DNA of 64,000 nucleotides, from positions 8,184,001 through 8,248,000 of the forward strand of contig NC_073406.1 of the NCBI RefSeq assembly GCF_028641065.1, written 5' to 3'. Both the position numbers and the translations under genes were made by a program. A model generated the notes under the pieces. That model was given only the letters and a program-made list of their open reading frames with translations, did no database searches and was not told the DNA's origin. Shown one piece after another: positions 25,269-36,740 of this stretch. Each line of letters opens with the position of its first letter. Position 1 is the stretch's first letter. The stretch comes from Leucoraja erinacea (lineage: Eukaryota).

Positions 25269-25476
25269 TTTAAGAGGGAACTGCAGATGCTGGAGAATCG
25301 AAGGTTACACAAAAAAGCTGGAGAAACTCAGCGGGTGCAGCAGCATCTATGGAGCGAAGGAAATAGGCAACGTTTCGGGCCGAAACCCTTGGTTTCGGCC
25401 CGAAATGTTGCCTATTTCCTTCGCTCCATAGATGCTGCTGCACCCGCTGAGTTTCTCCAGCTTTTTTGTGTAACCT
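25269..25476. mobile_element. Penelope-derived foldback, young subfamily
   Basis: 86-nt inverted arms (25302-25387 and 25391-25476, 1 mismatch); 15-nt TSD agcattgattctttg. Confidence 0.82.
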
Positions 25477-25491
25477 AGCATTGATTCTTTG

Positions 25492-25589
25492 CAGTGTAGG
25501 AGGAAGGGTCTCGACTCGAAACGTCACCCAATCCCTCTGTCCAGAGAGGCTGCCTGTCCCGCTGAGTTACTGCAGAATTTTGTGTCTAT
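25492..25589 (+). mobile_element. Penelope-derived element, single arm, older subfamily
   Basis: gaagggtctcgactcgaaacgtcacc followed by arm sequence. Confidence 0.7.
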
Positions 25590-26756
25590 CATTGATTCTT
25601 TACATCTCAACTCAGTAGGTGTTGTCAACTACCCTTTCTCCCTCTCTCTTATTTTTTTTATAATTAACTAAGCTCTTCAAAGAAAGTGTTAAAACCAACA
25701 ATGTGTTGTGACGTTCCTTCTGTATTTGCTTCCAGCAAACTCCTGGTGATTAATCTTCAGATCCTAGAGATACCCGGATAAGAGTGGGGGAGGGTTAGCC
25801 AAGACAGTCTAGTCCATTTTGCCAAATTGGGTGGGCCCGAGTTGTGAGCTTTCCTCCTCTTTGCCTTTGCTGTTATTGCCTTTGCTGAGTAAATCAATCT
25901 GTGGAAAATATACTCGATCAAAGCATTTTGTTCCCATCGCCTTTGGAGTGTCTCATTAATTTCCACCTTGTACAAAGCATTTGTTTAAAATAAGTGTGAT
26001 ATAAGAGAGAAGGGAATACAAGTGTTACAGGGCAAATAACAGTGGAAGCAAAGAGACACAGAATTGGAAGAAGGAATTGTGATCAAAACAGATTTACAAA
26101 CAATGGCAAAAAGAAGAAAGAAATGAGGATTTATTTATACAAAGGTTGTTTGATTTAGAATTCAGTCTGGAATGACATTGGCAGAAGACTCAATAGTTAT
26201 TTTCCAAAAGGAATTTAAGTAAAACATGTAAAGGGCAATGGGCAGGGAGAGTCATTGTGGGACAAAATCAAGAGCTCTAAAAAATCCAACATGTGTACAT
26301 TGGCCAAAGAACCTCGTTATATGCATTATAGAAGAAAAAAAGTTTAGGCTGGAATAATTATTGTGTAATATTAGCTGGATTATCAATGTGGTAGAAATTT
26401 GTCTTTGGCAATATTCTGTTGACTGTCTGGTGTGATCCATAGAATGATCAGATAGAATAGCTTTCCTTGGTTTAAGAAATAACAAAAAACATAAACGTTC
26501 AAAGCTTGGTCCTTCTTAAGTTTCACTGTGATGATAGATGGTGTGAAAGCCTTAGTCCAAACAAGAACTAGTGACATAAACCAGAAATCCAGAGCATAGT
26601 GTGACACAGACACATTCTCATCCATATCTGCATCCATAAGTCCCAGCCTGCAGGATTGCAGTCTGCAGTCATTGCAACAAGATGAGAACACTAAATCTGA
26701 GCTGGTGACTTCCATGAGACCACTAGAATGATTGCGTTAAAGGAGACCACTTAGTC

Positions 26757-27108
26757 CAGAGGTGGGGAACCTGCATGCGGCCTTCTAGGCCATTAAGTGT
26801 GGCCTTTTGAATGAACCCAAATTTTGTAAAACAAATATTTTTATTATGATTAATATGTTTTTATTTGTCTTTTATTATTTTAATCTTAAAATGAACGTAT
26901 TTAAAAAACCTAATAGCAAAAGAAGATTCAACAAAATAATCCTCCCTGACTGACGGCCACATTTAAAACATTAGTAAGCCATGAGGGCTATTTGAACAAA
27001 ATAATGTACATTTTGAAGTTTATCTAATTGAAGTTTCTTGGATGCGGCCTTATTAGATTACAGCTAACTTAATGCGGCCTTCCAACATGAAAAGGTTCCC
27101 CACCCCTG
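26757..27108. mobile_element. hAT (Charlie-like) MITE
   Basis: TIRs CAGAGGTGGGGAACCT and AGGTTCCCCACCCCTG; 8-bp TSD acttagtc/acttggtc; repeated TGCGGCC subterminal motifs. Confidence 0.88.
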
Positions 27109-27659
27109 ACTTGGTCTATCATTCTTCTGGATGGTCCTCAGAGCCAGAGTTAGCTGATACCTATAGTCAAACAAGGCATAGCAGGCGAGGTTGGTATGAC
27201 AGTCAGTGATACTTAGGAAGGATAAGTTGGTGATTATAATTATTCTAGTACTGCATTATTTGTTTACCTTTATCCATAATTTAAATGTTAAAGAAACATC
27301 TTGATTTTTATAGCTAATTCTTAAATATTAAGTGCACCTCTTCATTTTATTCCTGTTAACGTGCTTCTTAACCAAGTAACAACACTGTGCTTGCATGTTG
27401 TGGGTCACTTAGTTTGCTATTCAGTCTTGTCCCTATCAGACACTGTGCGGCCTTCAACATTAGAAGGTCTGAGAGTGTTTGGACAATTTTTGGATCTGAT
27501 TAGTTGCCTCATTTCTTCTTCTACGTTTTAGTCAAGGTTGGCAACAAAGAGGCCAGACCTTTTGCTCTTTGAGTTCAAACAGAAGCATGTATGTCATTTG
27601 AGCTGTCATTGCTGGTTTAGAACCATGCAATAGTCATGTTACTGTACCAGCGGGCAGAG

Positions 27660-27957
27660 TTGATCTAGAGGCAGGAGTTTGTGGCAGCTGATGAATGTAA
27701 ATTCAAGTAATTAAATAAACTAGTTATATTAATGGTAACGATGATATAATAATGGTAACCAGTGGATAGGCATAAAATCTCACCAGGTCTGCCAACTTTC
27801 TTCAGGAAGGGAAATCTGCCTCCTTCATCTATACATGACTCTAGAGCCACTAAAGTGGTTAACTCTCAATTGCCTCCCTAGTTCAGGGGTAATTAGGGAT
27901 AGTCGATACATGCAAGCATTGCTGGCAACATTGACATCCCATGAACAAATGAATAAG
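27660..27957 (+). mobile_element. Old SacSINE1/DeuSINE-like element
   Basis: gggaaatctgcc, gtggttaactct, aattagggat and catcccatgaac blocks resemble the recalled shark DeuSINE 3' half; similar decayed copies lie near 2990-3270 (-) and 19170-19330 (-). Confidence 0.5.
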
Positions 27958-28246
27958 TCAATGGCAATTCTGTTTGCCTGTTGGTCAGGTTGGCCTTTAA
28001 CAACCCTGCTGTCTCGGCCCAGTCTGATTGAGCGTCTGAGCGTGTTCACTAACCTGCTGACCAGTGCGTGTGAAAACCATCATCGCACTGCCCCTTGGAG
28101 GGGAAGTAGGGAAGTCATTGTTGATATATGCCTTCGGGCCAAGAACACATCTGTAATGCAGGACGACATTGGTGCTGATGGCTTTGGAGAAGTCCTTATT
28201 TCCCAGCTCACAAATGTTCCCGCTCGGTGAAGATGAATCTCAATGA

Positions 28247-28294
28247 GGGGGGGGGATAGGTGGGGTGGGGGGGGGGGGGGGGGGTGAGGGGGGG
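28247..28294 (+). repeat. Poly-G tract with G-quadruplex potential
   Basis: Four or more runs of at least 4 G in 48 nt. Confidence 0.85.
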
Positions 28295-28398
28295 AACCTT
28301 GCATCAAAATTTGAAGTGTTGAAACCTGCCTTCGGTCTGATAATTGATGGTACATTTGGTTTGCTAATAGCTGTTTGGTATTGTTTTGCTGCCCTAAG

Positions 28399-28429
28399 CC
28401 CCCTGGTGGACCGTAGACTGTACAAAAGG
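28399..28429 (+). CDS. CAMTA1: CAMTA1 31-nt frame-switching cassette exon (S)PLVDRRLYKR
   Basis: ttttgctgccctaag|C CCC CTG GTG GAC CGT AGA CTG TAC AAA AGG|gtgagt; matches recalled SPLVDHRLYKR. Confidence 0.92.
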
Positions 28430-28814
28430 GTGAGTGTAGCCTTCTGCTGGCCAGCTTCTCTCTATTCTGCTTGGTGCCTGCTTGCATGGGGCTGCAGCCT
28501 AACCTGCCAATTCTCCCGTTTGTCGCCTACAAATAAACTAACACTCAACACGATACTAACAAATCTGCTTCTTAAAGATACAATTTTTATTTTATCGACA
28601 TATATATAGTTATATATATGGTAAATGATTTCAGCAGTTATTTTGTAATGCATGAACCAGAATGACACTTGCGATGAATTGTGGAATGCTGGATGGTTCG
28701 AAACGCATCCAGGAATTATCCGATAAAAATGTATAAGTCGGAACTCAGTTGGCTCATGGGAATTTACACCGAGGTTCTAAGGAAAGGAGAAGTCGAGCAA
28801 AACCAGCCGAATGA

Positions 28815-28943
28815 TGCGATAGGAGCAGAATTAGGCCATTCAGCCCATCTAGTCTACTCCGACATTCAATCATGGCTGATCTATAACTCCCTCCTAACCC
28901 CATTCTCCTGCCTTCTCCCCATAACCCCTGACACCCGTACTAA
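28815..28943 (-). mobile_element. CR1 LINE 3' tail fragment
   Basis: Matches 7855 and the inverse of 35505 and 49882. Confidence 0.75.
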
Positions 28944-31900
28944 AGACGAATACCTCCAGGTGTGTACCTCCTGGCTCTGGCCCTCCTGCATTGGTCATGA
29001 AGCATTATTGAAGCAGACTGGATATTGGCGGGGACCCACGTGACCTGGGGGCACCCGATGTTCCACTGGCCACATTGGAATGTGGCCTCAAAACATCTGA
29101 AGACCAAATTCAGTCTGTGACCTTCAGTACATCTCAGGTCACAATACCATTCCAACCCTCCCCTCCTCTTTATCCTGTTCTCATGCAGGCTGTGGTAGAC
29201 TAAGTTAAGTCACACCACACTGTGTTTGTTACAGGACCTCGTGTCATTCTGACACAGCCATATTTTAACCAGTTTCTTCCAGAAATAATGCAGCTGGGCA
29301 GTGTCTGCTACCAACTGCACGAAATAAACAGTGGACAGGTTCACCTGACCTGCTTTTTATTTCACACCATTGAACAGAGATTGTTCAAATCTCTCTCGCA
29401 GCCTCAGAAAACATGCCTTGAGCTGCCTGATCCTTCTTTGTAATGTGTTACAAGGACAAGCCGGTAAAGCCGGCTTTTGTAAACAAACGTTCGATGGGAT
29501 TTGTGCTCCTGAACCAGCACCAAAAATTCACAGTTCAGATAAATAACATGGGCTAGATGCAGAGTCCCTCTATCTCTCCGCCAGCACTGGGGTTTTGTCC
29601 TTCCTATACCAGTGTGATTTTACCATTCCCCGCACTGACTGCCAGCATGAAGCTACAGGATGGGAATGAGAATGTAATAAGTCGGGCTCTGTCCATTAGG
29701 AAATAGAGCAAGAAAGGCCAGAGCAGAGTAGTAACTCATCAGAGCCAACAGAGGAACCTTGACTCCATTTGCACTCTGGTTTAATTTCAGGGTTGCAGCA
29801 ACAGGATGCTGACCAATGACTCCAACCCCGACCAACACTTCTGCCCCTCTTTTGCCAGTTTCCACTCATGCATTGATGACTGGGAACATTTTCCTCCGTC
29901 TCAGACTAAAGTCTGGATGCCCCATTAGGAAGGCTTGCTTTTACTGAACCTCCCTGAGACTTTGGTATTGTCTCCCATGAGCCAGCCCACAAAGGGCCAC
30001 AGCCACTGTGAGGTTTCCTGCCTTAGCAGACCCATGAGTTACCCAGTTTGGAATGACTGCATGCATGCAAATGGCTGATGTTACAGGCTAAAATCAGAAT
30101 TGTTGGTAGTTTTTAAAGCTGCATTATATTATAGAAAAGTATTGGTTTTTACCTTGGCAATTTGCTAAAAAAAAAAAGGAATGTTTCTGTCTATCACTTT
30201 CAACAGAATCACAGGTTTGTTTCAACCAACCCCTCTACGTAGCTTAATTTTGAGTTTGGTTTGCTAATTGCGCACCTCACAGTACTTCAAGAGCAACCGC
30301 AGTGGCTGGCCCCACGTTGATTTACATTCGTTTCCTGCTGGATCCCCCAAGCAGGGTCCTTGACCATTCTACACAGTGTCCAGAATAACCCCTTCACTCT
30401 CCCATGGAGAGAAATGCTCTGGTACTGTATTGCACAGAGCCTCTGTTTACAATATTAGAAGGATTCTTGATCTCATAGCACAACAATACCATTCATTTCG
30501 ATAGCACCTTCGTTGTAGCAGGATGGCCCAAGGCATAGGAGAATATTCAGGTGAAATTGGACGCCACTCACTAATACACCACACTGATCCAATATTTTTG
30601 CAAAGAGTTTCCAACCTACCGTTAACTCCCTCAGCAATAAGTGTCTAATTGTTTGCTCCTGTGATCATTTAGAATCACTTCACCAGATAAAGCAGTTGAG
30701 CACTGGTCTTTAACAGTGAGGCAGATTTAAGTTATCTCCATCTTTGCAAGTGTGCACAGTACGACTGGCAATCTGTATGGTCACTCTGTTCCACATGTTG
30801 TGAAGAGCTCCCCTCTTGTCCACCTCACCCAATGACATAGTTAGAAAATGTCATTCATTCTCTTCCATTAGTTTAGTTTATTGTCACGTGTACCGAGGTA
30901 CAGTGAAAAGATTTTTTGTTGCGTATTAATTAGTCAGTACTAGTGCTTTGTCCTGCTGTATCAGCATGAATATGTCACATTAATTTTTCTTTGGTGCAGT
31001 AGCCTTCTCCAGATGATGTTTGTTTATTCCCATTCTCTCCTGTGTCGATGCAGCCATGATTATTTATTCTCTAAATATTCCCCTTAGTTCTTTTGTTTGA
31101 AACTCCAATGTCAGTGTCCTCTATAAAACCCCTTTGAACCTTCTAACTCATTTGGTGAGAATCAACTGAATGATTTCAGCTAAATCCAGTGTGATGGGGG
31201 CTATATTGTTTGTGGGTTCCTGCAAACAAGAGTTAAATTAAAATTGTCGTTCCTCAGATTTGTCACCCCCATCTCTCACTCCACCTTCCCTAAACTCCCT
31301 AAAATGTCTCCATGCTCCCGTAACCTACAGACTTGGAACCTATAGTTTGACTCCCCCCCCCCCCCATCCTCTCCAAAGCAGGAGGAGTTATTGCCTTGAA
31401 TTCACAATGTGTCCATTTAGGTCTGTTCATCACAAGGCCACGAGCAATAAATTTGGCACGACAATAGCAGTCCACGTTCTAGGTCCACACTACCTGTGAG
31501 AAATATCATGTCAGAACAGCTAATTGAGCTTCCCTCATTAATTCATTAACTCTGCTCACATCATGCTGCAAGGGCATTAACACTGAATGCAAAAAACTGC
31601 CTCTTGAATACTCTTCTTGGTAGATTTCTACGTGCACCATTTCTTTTCTATTATAGATTGCAGCTTTAAACAAGTGATTGAAAGATTGCTCAAAAACACA
31701 ATGTCAAAGTAGTTCATAGTCTTATTTGGGTCACATAAGTTGTGATTAAATGATACTGCTGAGAAATATTAATGGGCCAACACTATTTCTATTGATGTAC
31801 TATCAATAGAGTGTGATCTCCAGAAATATATGATTGTGTTATGTTATGTATGAGCTGGGCTGGTGTTCTGGATTTTGGGTCTTGTTGCATCTCCACACTG

Positions 31901-33313
31901 TCACTGATATTTTTAAGTGCCTGCAGCTATGATGTATATTGAATGCACGTTGGGGTGGGGGGGAGAGTAGTTGCTGTAAAGTCCTGGGTCATATTGGGGA
32001 GGAGTTGGCTGTGTCCAGTGTGTGGCAACATCCTGCGTAAGTTATTCTCTGAACACACAGTGCCATTAGAACACACTGAATACTTCAACCCTTCTGAACT
32101 TAATGGCATCTGAGCCTGAACATGCTGAGATATCGAGTCTGGGGCTTATCAATTTGTGCTCCGAGCCAGACTGTGGAGAAATCTGTCTTTGATTGCCAGT
32201 GCCAATTATGTACTGGAGTATTAGCAGCCAGCTGCATTCACTTTTGTAGAACCATTTAACTCGAAGGAACCAAATATTTGGAGGCAAGAATGACAGAAAG
32301 CTAATACCCTCCTACATGTTTAGCACAGGCAGTCCCAAGATCACCAGGGGTTACTGGGTCTCATAGTTCTGTTCAGTGGGGACGAACAAGTTGCCACAGT
32401 TCATGGCACATACCAATGGAAATTCTTCCTCCTGCAGAGTGTGGAAATAGAAGGGTTTTAAGTTGATTTGGAACCAAAATGCCAGCACAACAGTGGGGAA
32501 TTGTGTACCATCTCACTCAGGGAGAATATTTTAACATGATGAGTTGTGACTGTCACCGTCAGTGAAGAGAAGTCGTTATGCACTGCTCTAAATTTCAACA
32601 TGAAAGGGATAATTTGCACCAAACATGGATCTTTGGTGTGTCAGGAACTTCTGCTGGGAATTTGTGTGCAGATGCTTGGCCCCATGCCTGGTTTCATTCC
32701 CGCAATATGCGGCGCTACATTGGAAAGACTGAATCCTAACACTGCTTAACTTAGATTATTGTCTGAATATGCAAACCACGCGTGGAAGGTAAACTCCTGC
32801 CACCTGCCTTATGCTGTTGAGCAGCAGTAAAATCCCGTAGAGTCAGCCTCGTACCTTCTTGCTGCAACTTGCATTTTTTGCCCGTTGTTCTTGCATTTTC
32901 AAAATGAATGATTCTCAAACTTAGAAGGTAAATTCTATTCTGACAAATTAGTACACTGAAACACTGGCAACAAGACACTATTATTAATTGCCAACACATA
33001 AGCAATGACTGGAATCAGCTAAGCGTCAATAAAATCTATTGTTTCTACCAGGCAATGAATGGGTCATTTATTTGTTCCCTTTACTACTTTAACAGAGCCT
33101 TTAACTGTTTCCTTTAAATGGGTCAACTCAGTTGTTAAATGGCAATTTTTTTTTTCCGAATGAATTGATGGTTGGTGCAATGTTACAATCTTAGAGGAAT
33201 TTCCAGGCTCCTGAGGAGTTGAGTGGAGTCTCAAAATAAGGTCTCTATTAAACCCTTTGAATTTGATGGTGCATTTTGGAAGGGAAAATTGGCCACAACT
33301 TGTTGCAGGATAA

Positions 33314-33669
33314 AGGGCCTGTCCCACTGTACGAGGCAATTCACGAGTTCTCCCGAGTTTTCCCCCGATTCGAACTCGGAGAATGTCCATAGCGGGTCCG
33401 TAGGAGTTCGTGGATGTCTCGTAGCGGCTCGTATGAGTAAAAAGTAACCATTTTTTTTCAACACGAGTATTTTTTTACTCTGGGACATTTTTCACAGTGT
33501 TGATGAAACGTCACGAGTTTACCGGATTTCCCGAGTGCCTACCGTTACTCGTACGAACCGCTACGAGACATCCACAAACTCCTACGAACCCGCTACGGAC
33601 AATCTCCGAGTTTGAATTGGGAAAACGCGGGAGAACTCTTGAATTACCTCGTACAGTGAGACAGGCCCT
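33314..33669. mobile_element. Harbinger-type MITE with long inverted arms
   Basis: TAA|AGGGCCTGTCCCACTGTACGAGG...CCTCGTACAGTGAGACAGGCCCT|TAA; arms complementary over more than 100 nt. Confidence 0.85.
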
Positions 33670-34275
33670 TAAGACTCAGGGCTTTAGTAAAGGGAGTGGG
33701 CAATAAAAAAAGTTGAATTCCACCAAAGAGCTCGTAAAAAGACGATGGACTCGATGCACTGTTTCATCACAACAATGAACTTTGATTAAATAGCTGTGAT
33801 AAACTAACGGGCAAATAAATTCAGTTCAGATTTGTTGCATAAGCTAATATCACAAGGAGTGATTTCAAGCCTTAAAGACTCCACCGCTCAAAAATATTAT
33901 TAATGTCTATCCAGCTGATTTAAATAGCAACAAACTAACTTAATCAGTTGCTCGAGGCCAATGTTAGATGAAGCAGCTGTCTTTTTAGTCACTTAAATCC
34001 AACCAGATCAGTCCTGTCTGCCATCCCCAGTATGATTTTATAAATTTCATCTGGCTCATGATATCATGTGGATGAAACAAGTAGATGATAGTGATTTGAG
34101 AAAAGGTTTTGCCTCATTGTTCTTTGCTGACTCATGTTTGTGCTCTTGTCAAAGATCAATTTCATCCCTTCAGTTTTAATCAGCAACTTTGCGCATTATA
34201 ATTTATCGCAACAGAGCAATTATTCTTCATCAATTGCAAACTCTCTGTGTATGTCGAGGATAATTCCTTGCTTAG

Positions 34276-34475
34276 ACACAAAAAGCTGGAGTAACTCAGC
34301 AGGTCAGACCCCAAAGGTAGACACAAATGCTGGAGAAACTCAGCGGGTGAGGCAGCATCTATGGAGCAAAGAAAATAGGCGACGTTTCGGGTCGAGACCC
34401 TTCTTCAGACCATCTCTGTAGAAAAGGAATAGGTGACATTTTGGGTCAAGACCCTTTTTTAGTTCCTTCCTATAC
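34276..34475 (-). mobile_element. Two nested Penelope-derived elements
   Basis: 16-nt TSD ataattccttgcttag (34260-34275 and 34476-34491); a younger copy (about 34311-34410) splits the older one. Confidence 0.75.
34378..34411 (-). ncRNA. Minimal type I hammerhead ribozyme motif (PLE-associated)
   Basis: The minus strand reads GGU CUGAAGA A GGGU-CUCG-ACCC GAAA CG UC GCC: intact core, stem II and a short stem I. Activity untested. Confidence 0.65.
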
Positions 34476-35504
34476 ATAATTCCTTGCTTAGTGGTTTCCT
34501 GCCTGACACGACTAAGTTATAACATGTAGCTGAAAGATATCTTGCTCTTAAAGGGCAATGTTACCTTGTATTAAAGGTCATCTTAAGTTCTCCTTCCTTC
34601 TCGCCCTCCCCCCACAAGGACTGTGTCTCATGTGTGCACGTCATGCAATGTAAGATCAAAAAGGGAGTTTCCTTGTCTAAATCAGTAATTGACGACCGTA
34701 TTCAAAACAGCTTCAGGATATTTTAGCTTTGAACACAGATTCCTGGCCTACTCAGAAGACTTGGCTGTTAGTGCATCAAGTGAATTTTGAAACTGCAAAC
34801 TTTGAAGACAACTTAATCACCCCTCAACCCAGAAGACCCGTCAGTGGGGGAGCAAGACACCAGCTTGCTCAAGATAAGCTTCCCTCACTGATCGGGGAAC
34901 AAGAGGAAGTCATTCATCCCTCAAGCCTGTTCCACCACTCAGTTGCAGCATGCCTTATCCATTCCATAACCCTCCTTATCTCCATATCCCTGATTCTCTT
35001 ACCAGACATAAAAAAAAAGCTCTCAAATTCAGTCTTGCAAACCTTAATTTTCAGCACTAGTCAAATCCTTCTTGATGAGCCACAGATTTCAACAAGAGTT
35101 GCGTGAAAACATCTTGCCTCGTTTATTGCCTGGATGTCTTCTGTTAAACTGTGGCTACAAGCCACCATGTTTGTACCATGGGAAGCCAGGAAGAATGCTA
35201 TGACATAGAAGGTGGATTTGTGAACTTCATAATGATCTGCCCTCAGAGTGCTACTCTCGCACTAGGAAAGCATCAATAGTTACCATTGAACATCCAGAGC
35301 CCACTCTTCCAACTACTGGTGACCCCAGTTTCAACTGACTGCCGTGAGCCACTTCCGATTCTTGTTATTTACTTCTCAGCCAAAAGCAGATACCATGCCC
35401 GACAAATTCAGAGAAAAGGACTGGAGAAAAGTCAGTAAATTACTGGGGGTGACCACGCTGTGGCCCCACCTCAATTAAGACTCTGCCTCCAATACAATGA
35501 ACAA

Positions 35505-35755
35505 CTTTTAGGAAGGAGACGAGGAGGAATTTCTTTAGACAGAAGGTGGTGAGTCTATGGAATTCATTGCCACAGAAGGCTGTGGTGGTCAAGTCAATGG
35601 ATGTTTTTAAGGCAGAGATTGGTAGATTCTTGATTAGTACGGGTGTCAGAGGTTATGGGGAGAAAGCAGGAGAATGGGGTTGAGGGGGGAAAATGTATCA
35701 GCCATAATTGGATGGCTTGATGGACCGAATGGCCTCATTCTGCTCCTATCACATG
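35505..35755 (+). mobile_element. CR1 LINE 3' end
   Basis: tggaattcattgccacagaaggctgtgg followed by the 3' UTR. Confidence 0.82.
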
Positions 35756-36671
35756 AACCAATTAAGCCAATAAGGATGGCTAACCTGGTAGAGGGTTGTC
35801 CATCAGGTTGAGCAGTCAATGCCCTCCCTGGTGCTACCACAACCTCAGTCCCAGAAACCAGTTCAAGGTATGTCAGGTCCCATGGACAGCTCATTTAATG
35901 GGTTAAGTGCCAACTGTGAATCTGTGAATCTTTGCTTTGAGGGGGTTGGTCAAATCAGAACTATTAAAATACTGGAAGGGTTAAAAAAATCAAAGAGAGA
36001 TGGGAAAGGGTAAAAGAATTAGAAAAAGATGAATTGCCGTGTACCCTTTAGAATCGATTATACTAGCCAATCTCCTCCCTCAAGAGATTCAATACATAAC
36101 ACATTTAAAAAGTAGATGGTTCATGAGAAGAACTTGGGTTGAGAGGGAATTACAATGTTACCTGATGTTCTGCAGCTTTCAATCTGACAGCAGTCATAAT
36201 TTTCACTTAACCAGGTGGAAATTCAGTGAAAATTCTGCATTGGAAAAAACTGCTGAGCTTAAACTCAGTGAGCATCAGAAAATGATTTATCCAGAGGCGT
36301 TATTCCTCAGGGATCCTTAATCCTTTGAATTCTTCCATTGCATCTGATGAGTACATCTGTTGGCTGGTCAGAACAGTGGAGATGATCACTTAGTTCCATC
36401 TGCACATTCATCAAGTTTTTAATGGGTGATGATCTATTAATCCAACTAAATGACTCACAGTCAGGTAGACCTCAGCAATAAATACTTGTTCTGTCATTGT
36501 CAGGTGAAAACTACATTTCAACATTTGGCCAGTGCAGAACTCTCTAATCTAGGGAACATAGAGTCATACGGCATGGAAACAGGCCCTTCTGCCCAACTTG
36601 CTCATGCTGACCAAGATACCCCATCTACACTAGACTACCTGGCTGCACTTGTCCCGTATCCCTTTAAACCT

Positions 36672-36740
36672 CAGCGGGTGCAGCAGCATCTAGGGAGCAA
36701 AGGAAATAGGCAACGTTTCGGGCCGAAACCCTTCTTCAGA
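36672..36740 (-). mobile_element. 69-nt Penelope-derived insert inside the CR1 copy
   Basis: 26-nt flanking duplication at 36646-36671 and 36741-36766. Confidence 0.8.
36712..36739 (-). ncRNA. Minimal hammerhead ribozyme core
   Basis: The minus strand reads CUGAAGA A GGGU-UUCG-GCCC GAAA CG UU; stem I is weak. Confidence 0.55.

Noticed and set aside
27314-27400. Possible 10-nt (27377-27386) or 43-nt (27333-27375) exons near a TGCATG
   Set aside because: Both are 3n+1 and open, but one has a poor donor (gtgctt) and the other lacks a pyrimidine tract; too weak without reads.
27835-28230. 131-aa ORF as an alternative last exon
   Set aside because: It starts in a SINE remnant; the acceptor at 27988 would need phase 1, whereas the upstream exon gives phase 2 (stop after 14 codons).
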